Assembly (NCBI GenBank): GCA_934097015.1
Contig: CAKONF010000003.1
Span: 630-64,629, forward strand
Origin: an uncultured Bacilli bacterium
GTDB taxonomy: Bacteria > Bacillota_I > Bacilli_A > RF39 > UBA660
Direction of reading: 5' to 3'
DNA length: 64,000 nucleotides
A program made the position numbers and the translations under genes. The notes below the pieces were generated by a model. The model was not told the origin of the DNA. It worked only from the letters and a program-made list of their open reading frames with translations, and did not search any database. This document shows, piece after piece, positions 35,887 to 46,764 of this stretch. How positions within the stretch are numbered: the stretch's first letter is position 1; every line of letters starts with the position of its first letter.

Positions 35887-37885
35887 GTATTTTATTATAT
35901 TATTATTTGTTGTATCTTTATGTTTTTTTAGAATTAATAATAATTCTATTTATAAAATTGATGATGTTAAATTTTATGGTGTTGTAATTGATTATCAATA
36001 TAAAAATGGTTATGTTAGTTTTATAATAAAAGGTAAAGAAAAATTAAAGTGTAATTATTATTTAAATAATAATGAAAAGTTTGATATTAATTATGGTGAT
36101 ATTTTATATTTGCATGGTATTTTAAAAGAACCTAATAATAATACTATTCCTAATACATTTAATTATAAAAAATATTTAGCAAATAATGATATATATTATA
36201 TATTAGAAGTAGATAGTGTTGATAAGCAAATAAGAACTAATAATATTATATATAAGTTAAAAAATATTGTTAAAGATAGAATAGATAAATATGATAGAAC
36301 AGGTTATTTAAATGCATTTATATTGGGTAATAAAAATAGTATTGATAGTGATATATATTCTAATTATTCTAAAATTGGTATTATACATATTTTTTCAATA
36401 TCTGGAATGCATATAAGTTTATTAGCATCTATTATATTAAGTGTGTTAAATAAAATAAAAAAGAGTGACAAAAATAACTTAGTTGTTATAATATTTTTAA
36501 TATTTTATTTGATTTTAACTAATTATCAAGCTAGTATAATTAGAAGTATTGTGTTTTATATAGTAATTAATTTATTTAAGATAATTAAATTAAAAGTTAA
36601 TACATTAGATAGTTTTTTTATTTCTATTTCTTTAATATTATTATTTATTCCTAAATTTATATATAATATAGGATTTTTATATAGTAGTTCTGTTAGTTTT
36701 AGTTTAATATTTTATAAAAATAAATTTAATAAGAATTATATTTTAAATTTATTATATGTTTCTTTTATAAGTTTTTTAATTAGTTTACCAATAACAATAA
36801 GTTTAAATTATCAAGTAAATGTTTTGTCTATATTTATTAATTTATTATTTGTACCATTAGTTTCTTTTATATTATATCCTTTAGCGCTTATTTCATTTGT
36901 TTTACCTTTTATTTGTACTTTATTTAATTTTTTTATTAGTATTACGGAATTTTTATCTAGTATGATAAGTAGCGTTAGTATATTTAATTTGTATATTCCT
37001 AAAATGAATTTTTATGTGTTAGTTATTTATTATTTGTTTGTATATTTAACTTTATCTAAAAATATTAGATGGTTTAGTTTGTTTATTATTTATATTTTTA
37101 TTATTAAATATATTAATGTTTTAGATAATAATTATTATATTTATTATTTGGATGTAGGGCAAGGAGATATGTCTGTAATTAAATATAAGGATGAATGTAT
37201 TGTAATAGATACAGGGCCTAGTAATATTTATGGGAGTACTTATAGGATAACAGATAATCATATAAAATTTTTACATAGTATAGGTGTTAATAATATTGAT
37301 TTATTAATAATTAGTCATGGCGACTACGATCATATTGGAGAAGCAATTAACTTAGTTAATAATTTTAAAGTAAAAAAAGTTATATTTAACTGTGGTGAGT
37401 TTAATGAATTGGAAAAAGAATTAATTAAAGTATTAGATAAAAAGAAAATAAAATATTACTCCTGTATTACAAAATTAAATATAGATAATAATAAATTATA
37501 TTTTTTACAAACAAAAGAATATGAAAATGAGAATGATAATAGTAATGTTATTTATACAGAACTTGATGGTTATAAGTTTATGTTTATGGGAGATGCAGGA
37601 GTAGAGAAAGAAAAATATATATTAGATAAATATAATATAAGTGATATAGATGTACTTAAAGTAGGACATCATGGATCTAAGACAAGTAGTGATAAAAAAT
37701 TTATTGATGAGATAAAACCAAAGTATTCCATAATTAGTGTTGGAAAGAATAATAGATATGGTCATCCAAATAAAGAAGTATTGGACACTTTAAATGATTC
37801 AAAAATATATAGAACAGATCAAGATGGTAGTATTATGTTTAAAATTAAAAATGATAAATTACAAATTGAGACTTGTAGTCCATAG
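35846..37885 (+). CDS. comEC: ComEC/Rec2 DNA internalisation channel with C-terminal metallo-beta-lactamase domain
   Basis: Polytopic competence domain (IGIIHIFSISGMHIS), then the MBL motifs YLDVGQGD, ISHGDYDHIG and VGHHGS. The start is uncertain (ATG 35846 or GTG 35834) and overlaps the end of comEA2. Confidence 0.85.
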   Translation: MFYLIELKNLLQYKYFIILLFVVSLCFFRINNNSIYKIDDVKFYGVVIDYQYKNGYVSFIIKGKEKLKCNYYLNNNEKFDINYGDILYLHGILKEPNNNTIPNTFNYKKYLANNDIYYILEVDSVDKQIRTNNIIYKLKNIVKDRIDKYDRTGYLNAFILGNKNSIDSDIYSNYSKIGIIHIFSISGMHISLLASIILSVLNKIKKSDKNNLVVIIFLIFYLILTNYQASIIRSIVFYIVINLFKIIKLKVNTLDSFFISISLILLFIPKFIYNIGFLYSSSVSFSLIFYKNKFNKNYILNLLYVSFISFLISLPITISLNYQVNVLSIFINLLFVPLVSFILYPLALISFVLPFICTLFNFFISITEFLSSMISSVSIFNLYIPKMNFYVLVIYYLFVYLTLSKNIRWFSLFIIYIFIIKYINVLDNNYYIYYLDVGQGDMSVIKYKDECIVIDTGPSNIYGSTYRITDNHIKFLHSIGVNNIDLLIISHGDYDHIGEAINLVNNFKVKKVIFNCGEFNELEKELIKVLDKKKIKYYSCITKLNIDNNKLYFLQTKEYENENDNSNVIYTELDGYKFMFMGDAGVEKEKYILDKYNISDIDVLKVGHHGSKTSSDKKFIDEIKPKYSIISVGKNNRYGHPNKEVLDTLNDSKIYRTDQDGSIMFKIKNDKLQIETCSP

Positions 37886-37897
37886 GAAGGAGTAGAC

Positions 37898-38771
37898 ATG
37901 AATTATTACAATGAGATAAAAAACAAATTAATTGATAATGAAATATATTCAAAAGAAAGGCATAAAGTTATTACATACTTTGAAGTAGGTAAATTGCTGG
38001 ATGAAGCTGGCAGTAAGTATGGAGATAATATTTTAAATGATTATTCAAATAGACTGTTTACTGAGTTTGGGAAAAAAGTATAACGAGAGAACATTGAGAC
38101 GTATTAGACAATATTATAGAATATTCAAAAATGAAAAATGGTCGCCACTGGCGACCAAATTGTCTTGGAACCATTATTCTGAATTATTATCAATTAAAGA
38201 CGATAATGAATTGATGTATTATATTAATATTGCATATGAAAGAAATTTATCTAAAAGAGAATTAAGAGAAAAAATTAAAAACAAGGAATATCAAAGAATA
38301 CCAATTGAAACTAAAAACAAAATAGTTTCTAAAGATAAAATTGAAGTAAAAGATTTAGTACCAAATCCCATACTAATTAGAAATAGAAATAATACTGAAA
38401 TAGTTACTGAGAAAGCATTATATAATTTAATTTTGGAAGATATTGAATCTTTTATGAAAGAACTTGGTAATTCATTTAGTTTTATATGTAATGAATATAA
38501 AATTAAAATAGGAGACAGAAATCATTATATTGATTTGTTATTATTTAATATAAAGTTTAATTGTTATGTAGTTGTAGAATTAAAAGTAACTGAATTTAAA
38601 GTAGAATATATATCACAAGTTCAAAAATATATGAATTATATTGATATGAATATAAAAGAACAATTTAATAATAATACTATGGGAATATTAATATGTAAAA
38701 GAGAAAATAGATTTGTAATAGAATATTGTTCAGATGAGAGAATTGCTGTTAGAGAATATGAATTGGTGTGA
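37898..38771 (+). pseudogene. DUF1016 (YhcG-like PD-(D/E)XK nuclease) gene split by a frameshift
   Basis: Two overlapping ORFs (37898-38083 and 38037-38771) join into one family-typical protein: ...LFTEFGKK / YNERTLRRIRQYYRIF...LSWNHY.... The frame change maps to the A6 run at 38072-38077. Confidence 0.7.
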
Positions 38772-38799
38772 TATAATATGTATATAGGAAGTGACCATT

Positions 38800-39513
38800 A
38801 TGGCAAAAATACTTGAAACAAATTTGTGTAGAATTAATTATTCCGATAGTTTGGAAGAATTATCTAATGCAATAGTTAAACTATTACAAAATAAGATTGT
38901 TGAATATAAGAAATTATTTAATATTGAATTTGATGAACAGATTATTGTGAATTATTTTGACGATTTAGAAGAGTTTAGAGAATTTATATATAAGATTAGA
39001 GGAGAAAGAGTGTCATTACCTAAATATGCAAAAGGTACTTATGATGATGGCGTGGTTAATGCATGCATTGAACCAGATACACAATTAAAAAGACTATATA
39101 CTGCGAGTCACGAGTTGTTTCATATTTTATATATGAAGTATATATTAAAAAATGATTATTCAAATAGAATAGTTTGGTATGATGAAGGTATGGCTCAATT
39201 TATTTCTGGGGAAAAAGATAAATATGCTGATGAAGAAAAATTTAAAAGATTTTACTTAAAGGTAAAGGAGAATACTAAAATAATACCAAATTTAAATAAT
39301 TTGAAACATGGTAATTCATTTTGTAATGATGAATATAATGGATATGATTTAAGCTATTTATCTGTTAGATATTTAAATGAAATATTAAATTCAGAAGATT
39401 TTAAAAAACTTATGTCTGATTTTTCAATTATAAAAGAGTATGGAAACAATTTAATATATAGAATGTTTGATTATTATGATTTGAAATTTGAATGTAACAA
39501 AAGAATAAAATAA
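38800..39513 (+). CDS. Putative zinc metallopeptidase-like protein (peptidase MA-like; HExxH ... EG.AQ)
   Basis: SHELFHILY followed by WYDEGMAQFISGE. AGGAAGTGA lies upstream of the ATG at 38800. Confidence 0.5.
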   Translation: MAKILETNLCRINYSDSLEELSNAIVKLLQNKIVEYKKLFNIEFDEQIIVNYFDDLEEFREFIYKIRGERVSLPKYAKGTYDDGVVNACIEPDTQLKRLYTASHELFHILYMKYILKNDYSNRIVWYDEGMAQFISGEKDKYADEEKFKRFYLKVKENTKIIPNLNNLKHGNSFCNDEYNGYDLSYLSVRYLNEILNSEDFKKLMSDFSIIKEYGNNLIYRMFDYYDLKFECNKRIK

Positions 39514-39573
39514 CATTAAAACTGCATTATCAAAAAATGTGGTTTTTTCTTTGAAAATAGCCATATTTCATTC

Positions 39574-40166
39574 GACTTACTAATTGACAATTAGCACATG
39601 GTGATAATGATCATATTGGTAATGCTAATTATTTAGTAAATAATTTTAAAGTAAAAAATGTATCTTTTAATAGTGGAGATTATAATGAATTAGAAGTTGG
39701 ATTAATTAGATTATTAAAATATAAAAAAATAAATTATTTTAAAGATATTGAAAGAAAGTATAGTAATAAAATAAAATATCTTTATTTAAATACTGAAGTA
39801 TATGATAATGAAAATGATAATTCAAGTGTAGTATATTTAAAAATATATAAATATAATTTTCTTTTTATGGGAGATGCATCTATAGTAAAGGAAAAAGATA
39901 TATTGAAAAAATATAACATTGGTGGTATTGATTTTCTTAAAGTAGGGCATCATGGGTCTGATACTAGTAGTAGTAAAGAATTTATAAATAGTATTAAAGT
40001 TAAATATAGTTTAATTAGTGTTGGTAAAAATAATAGGTATGGGCATCCTAAAGAAAGTGTGATTAATATTTTAAAGAGTAGTAAAATATATAGAACTGAT
40101 TTGGTTGGAAGTATAGAAGTAAAGATAAATAAAAATGGATATAAAATTAAAATTTATAATCCATAG
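39574..40166 (+). pseudogene. Truncated, frameshifted second copy of the comEC 3' end (MBL domain fragment)
   Basis: It translates to HGDNDHIGNANYLVNNFKVKNV...FMGDASIVKEKDILKKYNIGGIDFLKVGHHGSDTSS...NNRYGHP...IYRTD...YNP, collinear with residues ~490-683 of the intact ComEC. There is no start, an in-frame TGA at 39585, and a frame offset upstream. Confidence 0.8.
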
Positions 40167-40423
40167 AGACAAGGTCTAATGTATAAAAATTATTTATTTT
40201 ATTTAAAATATGAACTATTTTATGCTTTGTTTCATATTATATTATATACATTATAATGTTTTAAATATATTTTTGTATGAATTTGTACTTGTAAAAATGA
40301 GCATTTTTATATGCTTGTTTTTGCTTGTAATAAATAACTATTGCAAAATAAGTGTTTTAATTTTATAATAAATATGTAAGTAATTAGAAGTATAAATTAT
40401 TTATTAGATAAATGGAGGAAATT

Positions 40424-41977
40424 ATGGGATTAACGACAACTTCCATAATAACTCTTATAATTGGTTTATTTGCAGGTGGCGCTTTAATATATGTTGTAGT
40501 AGTTATAACTGGTGCTGGTGCAGGTAAAAAAGCAGAAAAATTATTAGCTGATGCTAAAAAAGAAGCAGAAAAACATAAAAGAGATACACTTTTAGAATTA
40601 AAAGAAGAAAGTTATAAATTAAAAAATGAAACTGATAAAGAAATAAAGGAAAAGAAACAAGAGATTCTTGCTAGTGAAGATAGATTATTAAATCGTGAAA
40701 AATCTTTGGATAAAAGAGAAGAAATGCTACAAGATAGAGATAATAGATTAGTTGAAAAAGATAATAATTTAAATGCTTTAAGAAAACAAATCCAAGATAA
40801 AGAGTTAAAGATGGATGAACTTTTGAAACAAGAAATGGAAAAGTTAGAAAATATTGCAAAATTTTCTAAGGAACAAGCACATAAACAAATACTTGAAAGA
40901 GTAGAAAATGATATGTCAAGAGAGATTGCTGAATATATTAAAGAAAAAGAGGCAGAAGCTAAACTTGAAGTGGATAAAAAGGCAAAAAATTTGCTTGTAA
41001 ATAGCATGCAAAGGTATTCGAATGATGTGACAAATTTACAAACTGTGACAACAATTAGTTTGCCTAATGATGATATGAAGGGTAGACTTATTGGTAGGGA
41101 AGGAAGAAATATTAGAACTATAGAAGCAGTTACTGGGGTGGATTTGATAATTGACGATACACCAGAAGCAATAGTTATTTCTTCATTTGACCCATATAGA
41201 AGAGAAATTGCTAAAGTGACTATTGAAACTTTAATAAAGGATGGAAGAATACATCCTACAAGAATTGAAGAAATATATGATAAAACTTGTAAAGATATGA
41301 ATGCTAGAACTATTGAGCTAGGTAATGATGCTATTGTTGAATTAGGATTAACGAAGTTTGATCCAGAACTAGTTAAATTAATTGGTAAACTTAATTATAG
41401 AACTAGCTATGGTCAAAATGCTTTACAACATTCTAAAGAAGTAGCTCATTTATCAGGCTTAATGGCTGCAGAATTAGGTGAAAACATTAATTTAGCAAAA
41501 CGTGCAGGTTTATTACATGATATTGGAAAATCTATAGATTATGAAATTGAAGGAAGCCATGTTGATATTGGTGTTGATATTGCTAAAAAATTCCATGAAG
41601 ATAAAGTAGTAATAAATGCTATTGCTTCTCATCATGGAGATACTGAACCTAAGAGTGTTATAGCAATATTAGCTCAAATTGCTGATACTTTATCTGCTGC
41701 TCGTCCAGGTGCTAGAAGCGATTCAATGGAAAATTATATTAAGAGACTTGAAGAATTAGAAAGTATTGGAAATAGTTTTTCTGGTGTTGAAAAAACTTAT
41801 GCTATGCAAGCTGGTAGAGAGGTAAGAGTAATTGTTAAACCAGAAGAGATAGATGATTTAACAAGCTTTAAAGTAGCTAGAGATATAAAAGATAAAATAG
41901 AAAATGAAATGCAATATCCTGGTACTATAAAAATAACAGTTATTAGAGAAACGAGAGCTGAAGAAATTGCAAAATAA
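40424..41977 (+). CDS. rny: Ribonuclease Y
   Basis: N-terminal TM helix, coiled coil, KH domain ([15 protein letters not shown]) and HD domain (LLHDIGK). GGAGG lies 5 nt upstream of the ATG at 40424. Confidence 0.9.
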   Translation: MGLTTTSIITLIIGLFAGGALIYVVVVITGAGAGKKAEKLLADAKKEAEKHKRDTLLELKEESYKLKNETDKEIKEKKQEILASEDRLLNREKSLDKREEMLQDRDNRLVEKDNNLNALRKQIQDKELKMDELLKQEMEKLENIAKFSKEQAHKQILERVENDMSREIAEYIKEKEAEAKLEVDKKAKNLLVNSMQRYSNDVTNLQTVTTISLPNDDMKGRLIGREGRNIRTIEAVTGVDLIIDDTPEAIVISSFDPYRREIAKVTIETLIKDGRIHPTRIEEIYDKTCKDMNARTIELGNDAIVELGLTKFDPELVKLIGKLNYRTSYGQNALQHSKEVAHLSGLMAAELGENINLAKRAGLLHDIGKSIDYEIEGSHVDIGVDIAKKFHEDKVVINAIASHHGDTEPKSVIAILAQIADTLSAARPGARSDSMENYIKRLEELESIGNSFSGVEKTYAMQAGREVRVIVKPEEIDDLTSFKVARDIKDKIENEMQYPGTIKITVIRETRAEEIAK

Positions 41978-41994
41978 AATTTAGGAGATTAAAC

Positions 41995-43113
41995 CTAAAT
42001 TTTTTTTAATATATCAAATTCATTCATAAAATAATTATCTGTCATACCAGCAATATAATCTATAATTATTCTTTCATTTGAATTATTATTTTTATATTCT
42101 TTCGTCATTTTATTTAAGAAACATTTATAAATATTGTAATTCGAAAGTTTGTTTTCTAAAATATATAAACATTTATTGAATATAACATTAAACATAAATT
42201 TATACATTTCTATTTCATCTTTACTGTTTGCTACTAAATAAATATTTTCATAATTAAATTTTATTAATTCATTTAATGCATTATAAACGTCATCTGATAA
42301 TTTTATATAATTTTTGTTATAAGAATTTTTTATAATATCTAAAATTAGTGTATTTACAATATTAGTATTATTATCTCCTAAGTTGTTTACGATATTTTTA
42401 GGAATATCTTTTCTTTTTATTTTTCCAACTTCAATTGCATCTTCTAAATCTCTTCCAATGTATCCAATAATATCGCTAATTCTAACAACACAGGCTTCTA
42501 GTGTCATTGGAAATAAATTTCTTGCAATTTTTTTATCTTTATATGAGTTGTTATAATCATTTATAAAATCTTGTTTAGTTTTTTCTTTGTAAGTGTATTT
42601 TTTTAATAATTTTTCTCCATTATGACATAGTATTCCATCTAATACTTGAATCGTAATATTTTTTCCAAGTCCATTATTTTCTACGCTCATTAGATTTCTT
42701 ACACTTTGTATATTATGCATAAAATATCCTTCGTTATGTTCTAAAGATATTTCATTTAAAATCGACTCACCAGCATGACCAAATGGTACGTGTCCTAAAT
42801 CATGTCCTAAACTTATTGCTTCTATCAAATCTTCATTTAATTTTAGAGCTCGTCCAATTGTTCTAGCGATTTTACTAACTAATTGTACATGTATAATTCT
42901 ATGTGTTATATTATCATTTTGATTATTGGAAAATACTTGAGTTTTATCACTGTACCTAGTATATGATAAACTATGTATTATTCTATCAATATCTCTATAA
43001 TATTCTCCTCTAATATCTTCTTTTATTTTATCTAATCTTATAGCATCTTTATTTTTAGAAGCATATTCGTTTAAATTATTTTCATAAATTAACATATTAT
43101 CTTTTATATTCAT
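41995..43113 (-). CDS. dGTPase-like HD-domain triphosphohydrolase
   Basis: YYRDIDRIIHS..Y.RYSDKTQVF, HRIIHVQLVS and GHDLGHVPFGHAGE motifs. Confidence 0.7.
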   Translation of the reverse strand: MNIKDNMLIYENNLNEYASKNKDAIRLDKIKEDIRGEYYRDIDRIIHSLSYTRYSDKTQVFSNNQNDNITHRIIHVQLVSKIARTIGRALKLNEDLIEAISLGHDLGHVPFGHAGESILNEISLEHNEGYFMHNIQSVRNLMSVENNGLGKNITIQVLDGILCHNGEKLLKKYTYKEKTKQDFINDYNNSYKDKKIARNLFPMTLEACVVRISDIIGYIGRDLEDAIEVGKIKRKDIPKNIVNNLGDNNTNIVNTLILDIIKNSYNKNYIKLSDDVYNALNELIKFNYENIYLVANSKDEIEMYKFMFNVIFNKCLYILENKLSNYNIYKCFLNKMTKEYKNNNSNERIIIDYIAGMTDNYFMNEFDILKKI

Positions 43114-43182
43114 AATACCACCTATTTAATTGTATCATGACTTTGGTTATTCTCATATAATAAAATTGTAAAAGGAGAATTT

Positions 43183-44166
43183 ATGAAAAAAATTATAATT
43201 AGTATTGTTATTTTAATTATTATTATTTGTAGTCTATTGATTATATTTAATAAAAAGGGTTCTAATAATAATTTAGAACACGTTACTGTTGCGGAGGTTA
43301 CTCATTCAGCATTTTATGCTCCATGGTATGTTGCAATAGAAAAAGGATATTTTAAAGATAATGGAATTGATATTGATGTAGTATTAACAAGTGGTGCTAA
43401 TAATGTTGTTGCAGCAGTATTATCTAATGATGTAAATATAGGATTATGTGGTCCAGAAGCAACTATTTATATCTATAATGAAGGTGAAAAAGATTATGTT
43501 AAAACATTTAGTGGACTTACAAAAAGAGATGGACAATTCATAGTTGCTAGAAAAGAAAATAAGAATTTTAAAATTAGTGATTTAAAAGGTAAAGAAGTTT
43601 TAGCAGGTAGAATTGGTGGAATGCCTGAATTAAATTTTGAAAATGCTTTAAGAAATGGTGGAGTGTCTGTAAGTGATGTTAATATAAACACAACTATAGA
43701 TTTTGCGTCACTTAGTGGAGCATTTATTTCTGGAACAGGTGATTATGTAAATCTATTTGAACCAAATGCAATACAACTTGAAAAATTAGGATATGGATAT
43801 GTTGTGTCTTCAGTAGGTGAATTATCAGGTGAAATGCCTTATACAGCTTTTAATGCAAGAAAAAGTTATATAGAAAAAAATGAAAAAATAGTAAAATCTT
43901 TTGCAAAATCTATTAAAGAAGGATTGGATTTCGTTCATAATAATAGTGCAGAAGTTATTGCTAATACAATAATAAAACAATTTCCTGATACATCAAAAAA
44001 TGACTTAATAAAAATAATAGATAGATATAAAGAAAATGATTCTTGGCTTAAAACACCTTATATTAGTGAAGAAAGTTTTAAAAACTTAGAAGACATTATG
44101 ATTAAATCTAATCAAATAAAAGAATATGTAAATTACAATGATTTAATCATTAATTATTATGAATAA
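43183..44166 (+). CDS. ABC transporter substrate-binding protein (NMT1/THI5, NitT/TauT-like)
   Basis: N-terminal anchor/lipoprotein-like helix with Cys, then AFYAPWYVAIEKGYFKDNGIDI pattern. Confidence 0.75.
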   Translation: MKKIIISIVILIIIICSLLIIFNKKGSNNNLEHVTVAEVTHSAFYAPWYVAIEKGYFKDNGIDIDVVLTSGANNVVAAVLSNDVNIGLCGPEATIYIYNEGEKDYVKTFSGLTKRDGQFIVARKENKNFKISDLKGKEVLAGRIGGMPELNFENALRNGGVSVSDVNINTTIDFASLSGAFISGTGDYVNLFEPNAIQLEKLGYGYVVSSVGELSGEMPYTAFNARKSYIEKNEKIVKSFAKSIKEGLDFVHNNSAEVIANTIIKQFPDTSKNDLIKIIDRYKENDSWLKTPYISEESFKNLEDIMIKSNQIKEYVNYNDLIINYYE

Positions 44167-44902
44167 TGTAATTGACATTAAGAATTTGTCAAAAACATAT
44201 TATACTAAATTAGGATGTGTTGAAGCCTTAAAAGATATAAATATTAGTGTTAAAAACGGAGAAATTCTTGGAATAATAGGTAATAGTGGTTGTGGTAAAA
44301 GTACCTTACTTTCAATACTTGCAAAATTAGATAAATGTAGTAGTGGAGAAATAATATCTAAAAAGAAAGATTACATTGTTGGTTATATGCTACAGAATGA
44401 TGCTTTATTTCCTTGGTTAAATATATTAGATAATGCAACATTAGGTTTAAAAATAAAAGGTATCAAAACAAAAGAAAATATAGAGTATACAAAAAGATTA
44501 TTAGAAAACTATGGTTTAAAAGATTTTATGTATAAGTATCCTAATAGTTTATCTGGTGGTATGAAACAGAGAGTAGCTTTAATCAGAACACTAGCAATAA
44601 AACCAGATATATTGCTTTTGGATGAACCATTTTCAAAATTAGATTTAATTACTAGACTTGATATAAGTGATGACGTATATAAAATTATAAAAGATATGAG
44701 TATAACGACAATTATTATAAGTCATGATATAGCAGAATGCATAAGTTTATGTGATAGAGTAGCGGTTATGACAAAAAGACCTGGTACTATAAAAAATATA
44801 CTTAAAATAAATTTATTAAATAAAAATATTCCTTCAAAAAATAGATGTGATGAGAAATTTTATTATTACTATGATATTTTATGGAAGGAGATAGATAAAT
44901 GA
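44159..44902 (+). CDS. ABC transporter ATP-binding protein
   Basis: Walker A GNSGCGKST, signature LSGGMKQR and Walker B LLLDEP. Confidence 0.9.
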   Translation: MNNVIDIKNLSKTYYTKLGCVEALKDINISVKNGEILGIIGNSGCGKSTLLSILAKLDKCSSGEIISKKKDYIVGYMLQNDALFPWLNILDNATLGLKIKGIKTKENIEYTKRLLENYGLKDFMYKYPNSLSGGMKQRVALIRTLAIKPDILLLDEPFSKLDLITRLDISDDVYKIIKDMSITTIIISHDIAECISLCDRVAVMTKRPGTIKNILKINLLNKNIPSKNRCDEKFYYYYDILWKEIDK

Positions 44903-45675
44903 ATTCTTTTTTAAAAAAAATTAAAAGAGAGAATAGAATTATTAAAATTATACAAATTATAATGGGATTATCTTTTATAATATTATGGGAACTTTTAAGT
45001 AGATTTAATATAATTAATGGTTTTATATTTTCTAGTCCTTCTAAAATTATTATTACTATTATAGAATTATATAAAAATAATAACTTATTTAATAATATAT
45101 ATGTTACTTTATTAGAATTATTTGTTTCATTTATATTAGGTAGTATGTTTGGTTTTATAATAGCAATTATATTTTATAAATTTGATTTTGTAAAAAAAAT
45201 ATTTGATCCTTATTTAACATTACTTAATAGTTTACCTAAAGTTGCTTTAGGACCTCTATTAATTATTTGGATTGGTGCAAATAATAAATCTATAATAGTT
45301 ATGGCGCTTTTAATAAATTTGATTGTTTCGATAGTTGGATTTTATGGAGGTTTTATTAATACGGATCAATATAAAATAAGATTGATTAAATCTTTTGGCG
45401 CTAATGAAAAACAGATAATTTTTAATTTAGTAATACCAGAGTGTATGGAAAATATATTTTCAACATTAAAATTGAATATATCTATGTCATTGATAGGTGT
45501 TATAATGGGGGAATTTTTATCTAGCAAAGCTGGTATTGGTTATTTAATACTTTATGGTACACAGGTATTTAATTTAAATTTAGTTATGGCCGGAATAACA
45601 CTTTTACTTATACTATCATATTTGTTATATTTAATAATAAATACGTTAGAGAAACGTGCATTAAAACATATGTAG
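44899..45675 (+). CDS. ABC transporter permease
   Basis: About 6 TM helices, coupled to the ATPase gene. Confidence 0.8.
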   Translation: MNSFLKKIKRENRIIKIIQIIMGLSFIILWELLSRFNIINGFIFSSPSKIIITIIELYKNNNLFNNIYVTLLELFVSFILGSMFGFIIAIIFYKFDFVKKIFDPYLTLLNSLPKVALGPLLIIWIGANNKSIIVMALLINLIVSIVGFYGGFINTDQYKIRLIKSFGANEKQIIFNLVIPECMENIFSTLKLNISMSLIGVIMGEFLSSKAGIGYLILYGTQVFNLNLVMAGITLLLILSYLLYLIINTLEKRALKHM

Positions 45676-45704
45676 AAAACTTAAATATTTAGGTTTTCTT
45701 TTTA
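45674..45704 (+). terminator. Intrinsic terminator
   Basis: AGAAAAC...GTTTTCT hairpin followed by TTTT, overlapping the stop codon. Confidence 0.55.
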
Positions 45705-45855
45705 TATATAAAATTAATTTAAATTAAATAAAAACTGACGTACTAAATTAAATTTAGCTGTCAGTTTTAAGCTATAGGAATATCTATAGCATTATTATTA
45801 TATATTATAATCATTGAAATATACATAAATTATTTTAAAAATATATATTGTACTA

Positions 45856-46608
45856 TTATCTGCTTCTTCCTTTTTTATTTTCTAAGTTTTTATTTTTTCC
45901 TGTTAAAAGTGCTTTTAAATCATTGATATTTGCATGTTTAAAATTAGACATTGAAACTATTTTGTCAGCATTACTCATTATTTTTCCTTCTTTATAATTA
46001 CTAGGTGCAAGTGATACTGGGCCTATATCATTTCTATTAGAAGAATTTGTTAATATTTCTTTATTTGTATCATTTAATAATTTTGTTTTTTCAAAGTTTT
46101 TTAATTCAAGAGGATTATTAGGATTATCTCTAAATGATGTGACAGGGAGTGGGTACATATGATGAACTACACCATCGATTATTTTTTTTGCATCATCTTT
46201 AGCTTCAAAAATTTCTGGATACCAAGCATTTCCATTTATTACGGCTTCAATTGGATGTCTAAATCCATGCCTATTAAAAAAGTGTTCGACGTCTGCTTTT
46301 GGGTTGCTTTGCCAAGGCAATTCATATAAGTCGTGTATCATAGCTATTCTTAAAGCAATTTCCATTTCAAAAGTTGGTTCATTTCTATGTTTTTTTGATA
46401 ATAAATATGTAATAATTGTATCCTCTAAAATATGTTCGCCTAGTGTTATTTCACCATGATGAGGAAATTCATTAGTCATTCTTTTTTGAAATTCGTCATG
46501 TAAGAATATTGAGTTTATAATGTTATATATTTCATTTTTTTCATCTAATGATAAATTATATTTGTTAAATATATTATTTAGTTTTTCTTTGTTTTCATTT
46601 GATATCAT
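45856..46608 (-). CDS. HD-domain phosphohydrolase
   Basis: H...HD pattern (GEHILED...MIHDLYE) in 250 aa. Confidence 0.6.
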   Translation of the reverse strand: MISNENKEKLNNIFNKYNLSLDEKNEIYNIINSIFLHDEFQKRMTNEFPHHGEITLGEHILEDTIITYLLSKKHRNEPTFEMEIALRIAMIHDLYELPWQSNPKADVEHFFNRHGFRHPIEAVINGNAWYPEIFEAKDDAKKIIDGVVHHMYPLPVTSFRDNPNNPLELKNFEKTKLLNDTNKEILTNSSNRNDIGPVSLAPSNYKEGKIMSNADKIVSMSNFKHANINDLKALLTGKNKNLENKKGRSR

Positions 46609-46764
46609 AATTTTTTCTCCAATATATATTTATTATATCATGAATTAGAATACTTATGATTTTTTTGTTATAGTTGTAGAATATAAAAATGTTAAAAATT
46701 TTTTACATTTCATAAAAATTACACATAAGTTATGGTATAATTGTTTTAGTTTAGGAGTGTTTAT

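Larger units (their letters stand above)
37886..39573. mobile_element. Possible remnant of an integrated element lodged between comEC and a displaced comEC 3' fragment
   Basis: The 1.7 kb carries a frameshifted DUF1016 nuclease gene and an HExxH protein gene. It is bracketed by two diverged copies of the last ~590 nt of comEC. No integrase is present. Confidence 0.3.

Noticed and set aside
37898-38771. Treating 37898-38083 and 38037-38771 as two separate small genes.
   Set aside because: The two products are the N- and C-terminal parts of one DUF1016-type protein. They overlap in different frames around an A6 run, so I call one frameshifted gene.
41995-43113. The dGTPase-like HD protein as an anti-phage dNTP-depletion defence gene.
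   Set aside because: It is a single gene in a housekeeping context (rny on one side, an ABC transporter on the other) with no neighbouring defence or mobile genes. Ordinary dGTPase-family housekeeping enzymes look the same, so the sequence gives no basis for a defence call.
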